From: Blasia pusilla
Lineage: Eukaryota
Length of the DNA stretch: 64,000 nt
Direction of reading: 5' to 3'
NCBI GenBank assembly: GCA_050084515.1
Contig: CM114271.1
Coordinates: 16,430,001-16,494,000 of the forward strand
Shown in pieces: positions 12,831 through 25,229 of this stretch; the stretch's first letter is position 1, and each line of letters begins with the position of its first letter. The notes below the pieces were generated by a model that saw only the letters and a program-made list of their open reading frames with translations, was not told where the DNA came from and did not search any database. The translations under genes were made by a program, and so were the position numbers.

Positions 12831-13504
12831 GAGTTTATAAGACTCACATGTAGAAAAATCCACTCAAAGAAGATGCACATACTTATAATATTTTCCTAGT
12901 ATCTAAAAAGACCATTTTTTTGTCATTTCAAATAAAATTTCCTAAGATATTAGCCATTTTAAATTTTTGTTCATAAAAATGTCATTATGACATCTATTCT
13001 TGCTCATCATGCTCCTAATTTTGTTTACATGTGTCACTAGTCAAGACTCTTTACTTCCCTTTTATCTATTAATTTTTTGTTATTTTAAAAAAAAGAGCTT
13101 TATCAAATCATTATCATCTATTTTATTATTAGAAAATGTTTGTGAACACTTCTTCTTTTGACGTCTCAACCAAAAGGATAGTTAAACCGATAGAATCATT
13201 CAAAATTGAAGAACAAGATAAGAAAACGTTAGAGATGAATCAAGTCATCACTCACAAGGTAATAACTGACCTTGATTTAAATTACTCCAAGCCCCCACTA
13301 ATTCTAGCATAAAAATTTATGTTGCCCCTTTTTCATGTTTTGAATTTTAGGATGGAAGAATTCACTCAAGGGAGTAATGTGGTGTTGAAAACCGCGAATA
13401 GCAACAAGCAAGGTTATTCGCGTTTCGATATTCTATATTGTATTAATGAAGAATTAATACTAACATGGAATCTTTAAAAACTCATATCATTATGTAATTA
13501 GAAT

Positions 13505-15215
13505 CTACTTCTCTTCGGGTCGGCCTCGCGGTGAAGGTGGGAAAGTGCAAGGCTTGGTCTTCATTAGGCTTGTCAGCGGATATTCATTTACCCAAGGGTT
13601 TTTTGACACATGCCGGAGGGCTTCGCGTCTTGGGAGTCCCACTTGGGAGCCTGGACTTTGTATCGAGTTTTGTGGCGGCGGCTCTTACCGAGGATCTTCT
13701 TCATGTCGACGATCTCACGAGGATTGGTGACCCTCAAGTATCTTATGGAATCCTCTCGTCATGTTTTGCCCGTGGACCTGGTTATCTGTGTAGAACCGTG
13801 TGCGCAACTAGCCATATTTCTTCCTTGTATAGATCCTTTGATAGAAAGATTATGCAGGCGTTTGGGGATCTTCTAGGACTCGGCTCATTAGAGTGCCCCG
13901 CGGGGGAGTTAGCTCGTAGACAGGCTTCTTGGCCGATTGCCTTTGGTGGAGTAGGTCTCATAGCGACTGAGTTAGTGGCGTCTTCAGCCTTTTTAGGGAG
14001 TTGGGCCACTGTAGTACCCCACCTTTGCACCCGATTTTTGGTTAGGGATAGACCGCTACTTTTACAGTACGTTTCCCAGGTTGAGGATGGTCTTTTCCCA
14101 CTTCAGTCTTCACTCACAGCTTGTAGAGACTCCCTTCTTGTTGAGGCTAGAGCAGTTCTTCCCGCTTTCTCTTCCCTAGTTACCTCCGGACAGTATGGGC
14201 TCCAATCTTCTTTGATGGAAGCCCACTTTGATGCATTGTTTAGAGCTACTATGTCGGACGGGAATATCCCCATGGAGGTTCGGGCCCGTATTCGCTCTTG
14301 CTCCGGAAAGGGGGCAGGCTCATGGGTGGGGGCTCGTCCCCTCATCCCGGCTTTCCGCATCGCACCACTTACCTACACTACAACGATGAGGTTCCAACTA
14401 GGCCTGCCCCAACCAACGGTGGTTGGTTCGACACATTGCGAGTGTCGCGGGAGTCTGGATCCACTTGGTGTGTATTTGGCACGGTGTCTTGTTGGGGGTG
14501 AGAGGATAGCCACTCACGATGCAGTGCGGAGTATTATGTTCTCTATTGCTCGGGAGAGTGGATTCCATATACAAAGAGAGAGGCACTACTCCATGCGGGA
14601 TTCCCTTATCCGTGTTGATCTCTACATGACGAGGGAGTGTGAGGTGGTGGTAGCGAATGTTGTAGTGACGGATCCTACGCAGGAGGTGGTGCGAGCCCAA
14701 GTGGTAGCACAAGGGAGATTGCTACAAGGAGCGGCGGCGGTCAAGAAGTCCCACATTTATAGTCGACTTCATGACGGACATCGATTTATCCCCCTAGCCA
14801 TTGAGATGTACGGGGCGATGAGGGAGAGGTTTGACTCGTTCCTTACGGATTGCGCCCATCATCTCCACTCGAGAAATGGGTTGTTCTTAACCACTGCGAT
14901 ACTTTATTGTAGGCAACGGGTCTCCATGGCTTTACAGCCCGCCCAGGCAAATGGGCTTCTACGGTGGGCTCAGGCGGTTGGAGACGCCAATGCTAGAGGC
15001 CCACTCAATAGTAGTCATAGTTCTTTACGTGTTGCTGATATTGTCTCTGCCTGTTGATGATTTTGGTCGTTAGGGGGGCAGGCCCCCTTCTTTCTCCTCG
15101 GGGCCGGTTCTGGACTCTTGAGGTCTATTTTCTGGCTCTCTATGCCCCCTCTTTTGTATCGTGATGGATTTCCCATCCTTTTTCTACGTATAATTTATTT
15201 GGCCAATAACAAAAA
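13505..15215 (+). mobile_element. 5'-truncated non-LTR retrotransposon with C-terminal restriction-like endonuclease (CRE/R2-group-like); open 508-aa ORF 13531-15057
   Basis: RT tail (GLAVK..K, VLGVPLG, GGVG), zinc-knuckle-like CECRGSLDPLGVYLARC, ATHDAVR, RVDL, KK-x-x-Y and FIPLAIEMYG RLE motifs. The 3' end and UTR are repeated at 37942-38230. Confidence 0.85.
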
Positions 15216-15330
15216 GTGAAAACAATGAAGACTCATGTCGTTTTAACCGTACAAATGGTTTATCATCCCCTAGGAGTGATGACACAGCGTATGAAAATAC
15301 CTCTTAGAAAACCACCCCTGGCTGAGAAGT

Positions 15331-15740
15331 GCGCAAGCTGGAGGCCCTCCAAATAAGAGGCGGAGAGCGAGGAGCCCGCAAGCTTAAAAGAGGGAGAGTT
15401 AGGAGCCCGCGAGCTGGAGGCCCTCGGAATGAGAGCGTGAGAGTCCGCAAGGTGGAGGCCCTCCAAATTGAAGAGTGAGAGTCCGCAAGCTGGAGGCCCT
15501 CCAAATGCGAAAGAGTGAGGTCCGCGAGTTGGAGGCCCTCCAAATGCGAAAGAGTGAGGTCCGCGAGTTGGAGGCCCTCCAAATGCCAGAGTGAGAGTCC
15601 GCGAGCTGGAGGCCCTCCAAATGAGAGAGTGAGGTCCGCGAGCTGGAGGCCCTCCAAATGCCAGAGTGAGAGTCCGCGAGCTGGAGGCCCTCCAAATGCG
15701 AAAGAGTGAGGTCCGCGAGCTGGAGGCCCTCCAAATGAGA
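15331..15740. repeat. Minisatellite, about 10 units of 37-39 bp with palindromic core (T)TGGAGG-C-CCTCCA(A)
   Basis: Unit approximately GAGTGAG(A)GTCCGCGAGCTGGAGGCCCTCCAAATG(CGAAA/CCA/AGA), counted directly. Confidence 0.95.
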
Positions 15741-16141
15741 GGTGGCAGAAAGTGATTCGGGTTGTTGAAACACGGAACAATCATGGTATGAAAGTCGGCA
15801 ATGTGGTCCTAAAGAAAGTGAAACTGCGCGCAGTCAATAGAGGAAGAAAAGCAGTCGCTGATTATGTTCTACGGCCTCGGGAGGCTGGAACCCTGGCGCC
15901 ATCGCCTTCCTCTGTTTGTGTTTGCGCCTTGCAACTTCCAGGGACCTGGGTAGGACAGTCTTTGTCGTTCGGGAGGTGGTAGTGCACCGAAGTTCGCTGC
16001 GGTGCTTCGACGCGAAAATGATCAACGCGATAGCAGGACAGTCGTGAGCGCTGGAGTGCCGGTGCCGGTGATTCCGAGTTCGAGGAAGTGCAGGGAGCAA
16101 GCTCGAGACGCACAGAAGATTGGTCGGGACCAGGGGGCAAC

Positions 16142-18837
16142 ATGTCGAGCGGCTACACGAGTTTGGGGTCCGATGCCGTGACCGGATCTGTTCCCGTATG
16201 TGCACATAACATAACCCTTGCCCTCTGCCCTATGCCGTGGTGTGCTTTGCTGGTTCCATGACTCCCCTTTTCTCGCCAATTCAGATCCGAGTGCGTCGTC
16301 AGGGTTTGTTATTGCTGCCACTTGAGGCGGAGCTTTCAGGATAGCATCGGGGGCCGAAATCTCTTGTCGAGGCCTGCTTCGCTGTCATTCTTGAAGTTCA
16401 CGATCACCGCTCGGGTGATCTTGCGTGCCGGCGGAGGGTTTCGTGGGCCGCTAGATATGACAATGCGGCCGCACTTGTACTGAATTGGATTGATGTCATG
16501 TAGATCTGCTTTCGGCATTTGTACATTGTTCTGTGGGATAAGGGAATAAAGGAGTAGACAAGATGGACCCAGGTTTTGAAGGAGGCCAAGTACACCAAGC
16601 ATGCTACGAGTTCTATCGATTGGATACGTCTTCTCTCACATCTGCGTAATGCGGATCGCCGGGAATACCTGCGTTGGCTTATTTTGATCTTCACGGTCGT
16701 TGAATCAGGGAAATGTTGACTAACACTGATCTTTGCCGAGGTGCAGGTTGCAGCTGCCCCCGATCACAGACTGCAATTTCAAGGTGCCTTGCTAACCAAT
16801 GCCAGCGGTGTGCCCGTTCTTTTCGTCCTTCGTGAATTTGCGTGTATCTTTTGTGGTTCGTGGGTCGCATTGGAGAGTATTCTGTAGTTCACCTCATGGA
16901 TAAGTTTTAAAACTGGTTCGGGATTTGTCAGGGCCCTTGACCTACGTGAGGAAGGGTGATTCCTTCTCCTATACTGGAACTAAATGGAGATGACAGTAAT
17001 TATTCCGTCAATTTCTCTCCTTACAAATCAACTTAGTAGGTTAGCCATCTTCATGGGTTCATCTTCAAGGAGTTTGCGCAAGAACTAGGGCTCCTATCAC
17101 AAACTTCGCTTCCAGATGACAAACGATCTCACTGATCAAGACGTTTACGGATGGAAAATGGGTGCGAATGTGACTAGGATGACTTGAAAGTAGTGTGAAG
17201 GAAACGAGTGTTACATTTTCCTTCTCAATTTGGCCAAGATCATGTCAGTGCTTTCAGCAATAGCAGCTTGGTTTCTTTGTCGATCATGGTAGGCATGCCA
17301 TCATACTCTACAGAAATTACTTGAGGTACGGTGATTAACTTTTGCTGGGAATCTGCTTGCAGAATCCAGTTTGCAAACTTTTCCTCCTAATGACAGTCGC
17401 GGCAAAGTTACCGGGTCTTTCCAACCCCCACATGATGCAGATGGTATGCAAACAATTACCTAATAAATTGTAGCGGCATCAGTGAGTTGCCACATCTCTT
17501 GTTTATTACTGGGTGCAAAGTCAGCACCGTTACATCTGATCATTGACAATGTCTGCCACACAGAATTTGTGGTTGGTAGAAGGTAATTACAAGGCTCTTC
17601 TGTGTTTACTGACCGAATGCTTGCGGGATAACAGATACATTTTCTAAGCCGGGGCCAGGAGTACAAGGGAGTGATGGCGCAATCCCAACCGGCATAATGG
17701 GATTCTTCAGTGTGCTTTCTTACCGACCTTACTTCAATGTTGACACTTCAGATGTTCTGGAAAGAATCAGGGATTCTCTTTTCCCTTTCAGAGGGGACTT
17801 TGTGGAGAAGACCAGCCATAATCCTGACATGTATGGCTATGTCCCTCTCTCAATGACTCATTTTTTGGAGTGTTGTAGGCAGAGTCATTATCGATGTTAG
17901 ATAGTTGGAGTAAAATACGTCATTCCAAATTGGTATGACTGGGTGGCAAGAGACTGTAAGGCCGTGTTTCTGCTTTGAATTTGTGGAGAAAATCTGAAAT
18001 CACATAAAATCATAATAAATGCACACAATCCCCACTCCGGAGATGTACTGTAAGCAAGAGAAACCCCACCTAACAATTGTAGGTGGGTTACAGGTATGGA
18101 CCTTTCTGGATCTGCTCAACTCTGGTGTTTTTAACAGCAGCTATAGGGAACTTTGCAGCATATCTAGCACACAACAGATATACAGATGGAAGCAGTGCAT
18201 GGCACTATGACATAAACAAGGTTACATGGTCAGCCGGGTTGTTCTATGGTTATGTCGGAATAGTGCCTTTGGCACTCTACTTCCTTCTCAAGTATTTGGG
18301 CGTTGTTTCTGGGCTTGTTCAGCTTTGGTGCCTCTACGGCTATTCTTTATTCGTCTTCATCCCTGCCTCGGCAAGTTTCTTCTCCATCACTACTACTTCG
18401 ATGATCGTCAAGACTATTTCTTAAGCTCAAGCATGCAGTATACTGTAATGATGCCGCTTTGAAGATTGAACGTGCTTTCGTAGGTTTGGTCAGCGGTGTC
18501 CGTCTTTAGAATACTGATTGAAAACAGGATTCTAGTATGGGTAGCTTACTGGCGAATTTTGTTGTCACTTTGCAATGGCTGTTGCACTCATGTTGTGTTT
18601 TTGGTGTTCCAGTTCTTCTCAGTGGTGCCAGTTGAGCTCATTCGATGGATAGCGGTTGGTATTGCTGGAGTGATGTCTGCACTGTTTTTGGCTCTGAACA
18701 TACGAGCACACATCAAGACTGCAAGCGAGCGTTGGTTTTTGATTGTAACTGGATCTGCTGTGGTGCAAATGGGCCTGGCTCTGATCATCAAGTTGTATTT
18801 TTTTACCTTCTTTTATCAGGACAAATTGCCTGTGTAA
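16142..18837 (+). CDS. YIP1: YIP1-family (YIPF1/2-like) integral Golgi membrane protein, 6 exons, about 289 aa
   Basis: Exons 16142-16195, 16747-16783, 17363-17443, 17635-17830, 18094-18370 and 18613-18837 join in frame: MSSGYTSLGSDAVTGSVP/VAAAPDHRLQFQ/ESSLQTFPP...DAD/DTF...YRPYFNVDTSDVLER...NPDM/YGPFWICSTLVF...CLYGYSLFVFIPAS/FFSVVPVELIRW... Four GT-AG introns and one GC-AG intron. Confidence 0.95.
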
Positions 18838-19404
18838 ACACCTTCTAGTAGTAGTTTGAATACACATCCATTCTTTTGCTGCCTATGTAACTCATCCAAG
18901 GCAGGTGCTTGCGGTCCCAGGTTTGTAATAGAGCATAGGCGACCATGCTGGAACAGTTCCATGTGTCACATTGTACTGGGGTGTGAGCAACTGAAATTGA
19001 TCGGAACCAGCATTCTTGTTGGAAGACACCTGGAAACGAACACAGCTACTTCAGGCCCTAAGCGTCTTGCAGTAATAGGTGGATGCAGTGCTGCTTACAC
19101 AGGCACTGGTATTGCTTGCCAACTCTCATGTAGACGACTCCAATCTGGTTCACTTACTGCAAAGTTATGTGCTGACATTTTCCCTAGAGTCTGTTCCAGT
19201 TACTCAACAGGTCTGGTTTTCGAATCGAATTCATTTTAGAGTTACTCTTTCAGCCCCAAGAGAAAGATACGGAAGTTATTACTGTTTTGAAGCATTCTAC
19301 TCAATGCGTGTGGATAATGTGCATAGCTTCTGGACTGCCCGGACAACTTTCTTCAGTTGAGTGGAAGTACAAAAGCCGGTATTTTTATAATTACCTACCA
19401 CGTC

Positions 19405-19483
19405 CATGACCCTCAAGTCCTTTAGACACCTCCATGACAAGAATACAATCTTGTCATGGAGATGACTAAAGAAGACTAGCATG
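19405..19483 (-). ncRNA. Stem-loop (candidate miRNA/siRNA precursor or MITE remnant)
   Basis: 23-bp arms 19420-19442 and 19449-19471 with a 6-nt loop. On the minus strand there is one mismatch and one G-U pair. Confidence 0.35.
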
Positions 19484-20819
19484 ATATTTAGCAGCAGTTT
19501 CTAAATTAGTTACTGCAAGGTTGACTATTTTTATGATGATCCCTAGAGAGTTGGAGTTCACATCATTTTTCCGGACCTCACACCGTTCTTGCACCATCCA
19601 AAATCAAGGGAATTAGGTTCTTTATATGTTTCATTGACCAACTTCGTTAGACACAAGTCGGTGGGAAGGCCGTAAACGGGAGCTCAAAGGTCAGTAATAA
19701 ACTCACAGTCAATCGTCAAGGACCTGGATTCCGTCATGCCATGTGTATACCCGGTAGGGTCTCTACATTTTGGAAAATTTTAATTCTCCCACCCACAGGG
19801 TTTTGCGTCTTCTCCGTACGTACGCACTGCATGTTACGAGAGTGGTTCCCGAGGGTCTTCCAAGTCAACCCGACGTGGACTTGATATAGGGCGTTCTTGC
19901 AGTAACACACACGCAAGATTTGGCGATCCCCCTGGGGATCGCCTCAGATCTCGTAGCCCTCGTTCGCAGCTGTTGTTCACTCGGAGGATCTGGCTGCTAC
20001 AGCACACAATACCTCTCCATTCTTGCGAAACCCCCACTGCATGGCTCCAGTTGTCGGATCCACAGCGGATCCTCGACCTGCCACGGGTACCGCGGCCCCA
20101 CTTCATCTCACCGAGCAGTGAATAGACAGACGCACGTCATGTGCCCCTCCAAAGTCCGATCCTCATCACTTCGTGACAAGGCTTCCCGGCTCCTTCCGGA
20201 GACCCCTAGCGGTTCGAACGGAGACAAGCACTCGCCGCACTCCACACTCACCTCGCGTCGCCGGCGTCGCGGGCAGCTCGTGAAAACCACAGCGTTTTTC
20301 TCCCGTCTTCCCTCGATCCGACCATTGATACCTCAAAGCAGTCGCCATATTCAGAGTGCGGACGCGACCAATCCCCTCTCGCCGAGAAGGGCTTTCACGG
20401 GCACTGAGCGACTGAGCCCCAAAAATGCCGAGCTCCTGCACGAACGGACGGACGGACCGAACCGAACCGAACATTCGAAGTACTGTAGTCAGCTGAGCTC
20501 CTGTGGAACCCTATCCATTCCCGTAGGAGCCAACTGGGTGTGTACACGTCCGCCGGTGGGCTGAGCTGGCCCCAGTGGCTCGGCCAGCTCAGCCCTGGTT
20601 TCGACCAATCCACTCCATCGACGCCGTCTACGAGGATCGTGCGCAGCGCATTACACGTGGAGTGACCATGCACTTCGCTCGGAGAGTTCTTGCGAAGCCG
20701 ATTATGATAGGCCCTAAACGGGCGCATACGACTTTGTAATGCCGTAAAATTTAGGGATGGAGAGGCGACCTAATCCAAACCATGTGTTCGAACGACCCGA
20801 GTTTTTTTTCAAAAAAATT

Positions 20820-20972
20820 GGTAAGGTGTCTTGGCGATGCAAGAGAAATAAAAAGGTGTTTGAAAAATTTTCATTACTGTAGAATCTATGAAGGGATTAA
20901 TGATGTTGCATACAAATTCAAATATTTTTGTAGTTGCACGTAATATATGAAACATTTTCTTGCTGCCGAGTT
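20820..20972 (-). mobile_element. Partial mini-Helitron family A copy
   Basis: Similar to 6975-7125 (e.g. CTATGAAGGGA(C/T)TAATGATGT..TACAAATTCAAA). Confidence 0.6.
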
Positions 20973-20974
20973 AC

Positions 20975-22347
20975 TGAATGGGGAGGAGAATTGGGCAGCT
21001 CCCTAGCTGCACGGTTCGCTGGTTCAGCAGCTGCGACAGGTTCTTAAGGCGGCGTTGCCGCCTCACTCACATTGTCGAAAATGGCTTGGTGCAGCTGCTC
21101 AAGCTCATCCTCGCGTTCTTTGAGTCTGATTTCGAGAGCTTCCCTTTGAGCTTCCGCCTGCGCTAGATGCTGTTCCATCTCTGAACTTGATCCACGGAAT
21201 CGTGTGTGCACCATCTACCTACTAAGGTCCAGATCTGGTGCTCTGATACCAAGTGACGCCGAGAATTTCTTCGCTGTTTTTCCCAAGCTGCAAACCTGCA
21301 ATCACCAAGCAACAAAACGAGCAAGACTACAAGCTGCAACGCTTAAAAACTCAGCCTCCCGGCGCACCACCAAACCTCTCGGAGTTTGGCTCCAGCTTTA
21401 CCCACTCACACTCTCTGATTTCTAATCACCAGGGCTCAGTTCTCCGCATTAGTAGCAATCGAGGGAACCACACTCAGAACTCAGCCAGCCAACCTGATTT
21501 CGACGGCGCTTCCGCGTGACTCACTACTATGCTGAACCAAAGAACCTCACTCTCTCACTCCAAGGCCAAGACACTCTAATCCAACAGACCCTGAGCTGAT
21601 TGCAATCTGATCTAGCTTCAAACACTTGTCCAGAAATCTTGCCCAAGCTCGCTCGCTGTATCCTACTCAACCAAGCGCTACACTCCACCTCCCGAGACTC
21701 CGTCTCGAGCTAAGAGGTCGTGCGATTCCCCGATTTCACAACACCCCTTCCTCTTTGCGCATGAACGCTGATTGCTACAGATCTGATCTCACTGCCCGAA
21801 ACCCCGAAATGGAAGCGCCTGCTTCCCAGCTTTCTAATGCATCCGATAACTCCCAAAACGGCCCCCATCTCAACCCCCGCCTTGCAGTTCTACTGAACTC
21901 AACTCCTGTCGGGTTCCGAGACTGCCGCGGCGGTTCGGCTCTTTCACGCTCCGCGACTAGGACGTACTCCCGTACCCAAACTCGCGCCCAGTTCCGAGTA
22001 CGTTTGGTACTCACGGCGATCCACTTGACCTTGGTTGCTCTTCCTCTACGTGCTGCGGTTCTAGCTACCACTACACACTTTGCGGCGCCGAATCCTTGGG
22101 CGGCGGTTTTGGCGGCCGCCCAAGTTAGATCCGCGGCAACCTTGTTTATCTCGCCGCTGATTCTTGACAAGTACAGACGCAACCTAGACCTTGTACAAAT
22201 ACAACCTAGACCTTGGCGCATGGCTGACTCTGAGTGGCGTCTTTCCTGGTGATCTTGTCATAGCCCGTTTTCAAGTAAACAACGGTGATCGGCGATACCT
22301 TGTGGCAGCGTGCTTGGGTTCGCGGGTTCAGAATATACTCCGCGACA
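20975..22347 (-). mobile_element. Ty3/Gypsy element 2b: 5' LTR (21254-22347), PBS (21240-21251) and start of gag, minus strand, truncated
   Basis: Minus strand reads TGTCGCGG...CGGCGTCA, CT, TGGTATCAGAGC, then a gag 5' segment that is the inverted near-copy of 22348-22600. Confidence 0.85.
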
Positions 22348-24765
22348 CTTAGTAGGTAGATGGTGCACACACGATTCCATGGATCGAGTTCAGAGATGGA
22401 ACAGCAGCTAGCGCAGGCGGAAGCTCAAAGGGAAGCTCTCAAAATCAGACTCAAAGAACGCGAGGATGAGCTTGAGCAGCTGCGCCAAGCCATGTTCGAC
22501 AATGTGAGTGAGGCGGCAGCGCCGCCTGAAGAACGTGTCGCAGATGCTGAACCAGCAAACCGTGCAGCTAGGGAGCTGCCCAATTCTCCTCCCCATTCAA
22601 TAACGGCGGCAGAGCGCTCGGGCGCACAGATTCAAGGTGAGAGACGCGGGCTGCTGTGGCCAAAGCCGGCGGAACCGCTTGTCTACAATGGAGAGCGGGA
22701 CCTGAGTTTATTCGAGTCTTGGGAATTTGTTATCTCGTTGTATCTACAGTGTTTTGCTTAGGCAGGGTGGTTCACGTACGCATGTTCCCGCTTAGGAGAA
22801 GTGGCTCGTCGCTGGTTGATGGCGGTGCAACGCGAGCGTGAAGCCGCCGCGCAGCCGCCCATTAGCACCTGGGAGGAGTTGAAGCAATTGATCAGAGCGC
22901 GGCTAGTGCCCGCCAATGAATATGTAAATGCAAGGCGATGGAGTCTTTATGTCAGACCCGTAGTATTCGCCATTACATATTTGAATTTGGTCACCTCGCG
23001 ACTCTAGCGGGAATGACGAATGTGGAAGAGAGGCGCTATCGGTTCATCTCAGGATTACAACACTTCTACGCCATGAAAGTGGAAGAATGGGGAGATGAGT
23101 TGGCGCTGGAAGCCGTATTTAAGAAGTTGGAGAATGTGGAATTCGCACGGAGAGAGCACGCTGGTCCGGCGACAACTAGACCAGCAGCACGCTAGTTCAA
23201 ACCGGCAAGAAGATGGAGAAGTGGCAAAGTGAGCCGCCAGATTCAAGGCCGCGGACGGCCGGGAACCAGCGGGAAATTTAGCACTACAGCGCGGGGATCT
23301 GGTGCCCTGCCACCGCGAGGATCTGGAGGTTCATCGGTGGGGTCAATTCTGAACCGGGCCGCCCAAACGCCAGCTCGAAACACGGGCGCGCCGGCCAGAT
23401 CTGAGACACCAAGATTTGGAATGCGGGCCAATTTGGCAGCGGCACCGGGCAGATCTTTGATGACGCCCGCTGTATCTGATGCATGCCGTTGTTTTCGATG
23501 CGGCCAAGGGGGACATTTTGTGAAGGAATGCCCGAACGCTGCTCTATTCTTCACTGATGGCGAGCATGCGGGTGAACCAGATCAGCAAGACGCCATCGGC
23601 GACACTAGAACCATTGAAGGCGTGGCTGAATTGGGATCAGGTATGCCTGAACTTGGTACAGCAGTGAATAGATGTTTGCCATGGGTGCGCATGTCCATTA
23701 AAGGGCAACCTATGTATTTCTTGTTGGACACGGGGGCTAATGTGAATGTGATGAATAGATCAGAGAGTAAGAGTCTTGGGCTTGCCGCAACCAAGATAGT
23801 CCAGCCCTTGTTAGTTCGGTTTGCTCAAGGATCCACGCAAGTGGATAGAAAATGTATGTCGGTTCCATTGTTGATAGGAAACACCGAACGCAGATCTGAA
23901 TTCTTGCTGATGGACTTACTGGGATCATTCATGGGAATTCTCTCTTGGAATTGGTTGCGGGAATTCAAAGCCATAGTTAATATCCACGAGGGATTTCTAT
24001 CCCTTTACGATAGATTTGGACAATGGAAAAAAGTTCCCTTGCTGAGGGCGCCTAAAACTGTAGAGGATCCCGAAGCCATGGCGCTGCAATTCAGTGAAGC
24101 GCGAGTAACCCACCAGGTTTGCTCCGCGCGTCAGTTTGACAAACTCCTAAAAACTTCCGATGAAGCTTGGACAGTTTTGCTGTCACAAGCCCCTACAGAA
24201 TCTGAACACCGTCACTTAAAACCGGAAGACGCCCGGCTTCATCCCGATATGAAAGCCTTGCTAGAGCGATACGCTGATTTAATGCCCAAGGAACTCCCGC
24301 CTGAATTGCCGCCTAGGCGCGCGCTCGTTCACAAGATCGAGATTCAGCCGGGCGCGGATATCCCTAGCATGGGGCGATGTTGCCGCATGACATGCACCGA
24401 GATGGAAGAAATCAAAGCCCTGAATGATCTGTTGAACAAGAATCACATTCGACCCAGTGTGTCGCCATACGCTGCCCCAATTCTGTTTGTGGCAAAGAAG
24501 GATGGGACGCTTCGGATGTGTGGCGATTATCGCGCTCTTAACAAGGTGACTCTCAAGAACCGCTATCCACTCCCGCTGATGGACGAGACTATGGATAGGC
24601 TCGCCACGGGGAGGTTCTTCACAAAACTCGATCTCAGATCGGGTTACCATCAGATTCGGATCGCTGAAGGAGATGAGTTCAAGACGGCGATCAGAACTCG
24701 ATATGGTCTTTACGAGTATGTGGTGTTACCCCTAGGCTTAACCAACGCCCCCGCCACATTTTGCA
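22348..24765 (+). mobile_element. Ty3/Gypsy element 2a internal region (gag-PR-partial RT), chromovirus-like, disabled
   Basis: gag 22360-23195 with stops and frameshift; [20 protein letters not shown] protease; [42 protein letters not shown], then truncated before the catalytic DD. Confidence 0.93.
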
Positions 24766-25142
24766 CGCTCTCTTCAAGAACCTTGAGCTCAATGTGCTAT
24801 GCCAACAAAAACATATACTTGAGAGTAGGTGAACCAACATGTCAGAGAGAGTCGCATCATGTATCCTCTTCTGCATCTCACAATGTAGAATCGCATACCA
24901 CAATTGATGCTATTAGCAATAGGATGTAAGCTAATCCATAAGTAACATTTAGCACTCCGAATGACAAAGATTGATTCATACAAATCTAACTAGGTGGTTC
25001 ACGAACTGACACGCAATTACAACAAAAGGGTTGCAAAATCTAGCTCAATGAATGACATGAAGCAGGAGATGACTCACAATGAGGCACAAGGAAAAAAAAA
25101 GAGCTTTAAAAGAAGAATTGTAACAGAATGGATGACGTTATT

Positions 25143-25147
<5 letters not shown>

Positions 25148-25227
<80 letters not shown>
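25148..25227. repeat. (GA)n microsatellite, about 40 units
   Basis: Seen directly. Confidence 0.98.

Positions 25228-25229
<2 letters not shown>

Noticed and set aside
15331-15740. CRISPR-like appearance (palindromic repeat at regular 37-39 bp spacing) and repetitive ORFs at 15263-15784
   Set aside because: Intervening sequences are near-identical variants rather than unique spacers, there are no cas genes, and the context is eukaryotic. The ORFs are a by-product of the minisatellite.
21626-22252. 208-aa (+) and 148-aa (-) ORFs
   Set aside because: They lie inside an LTR, are GC-rich and show no protein motif.
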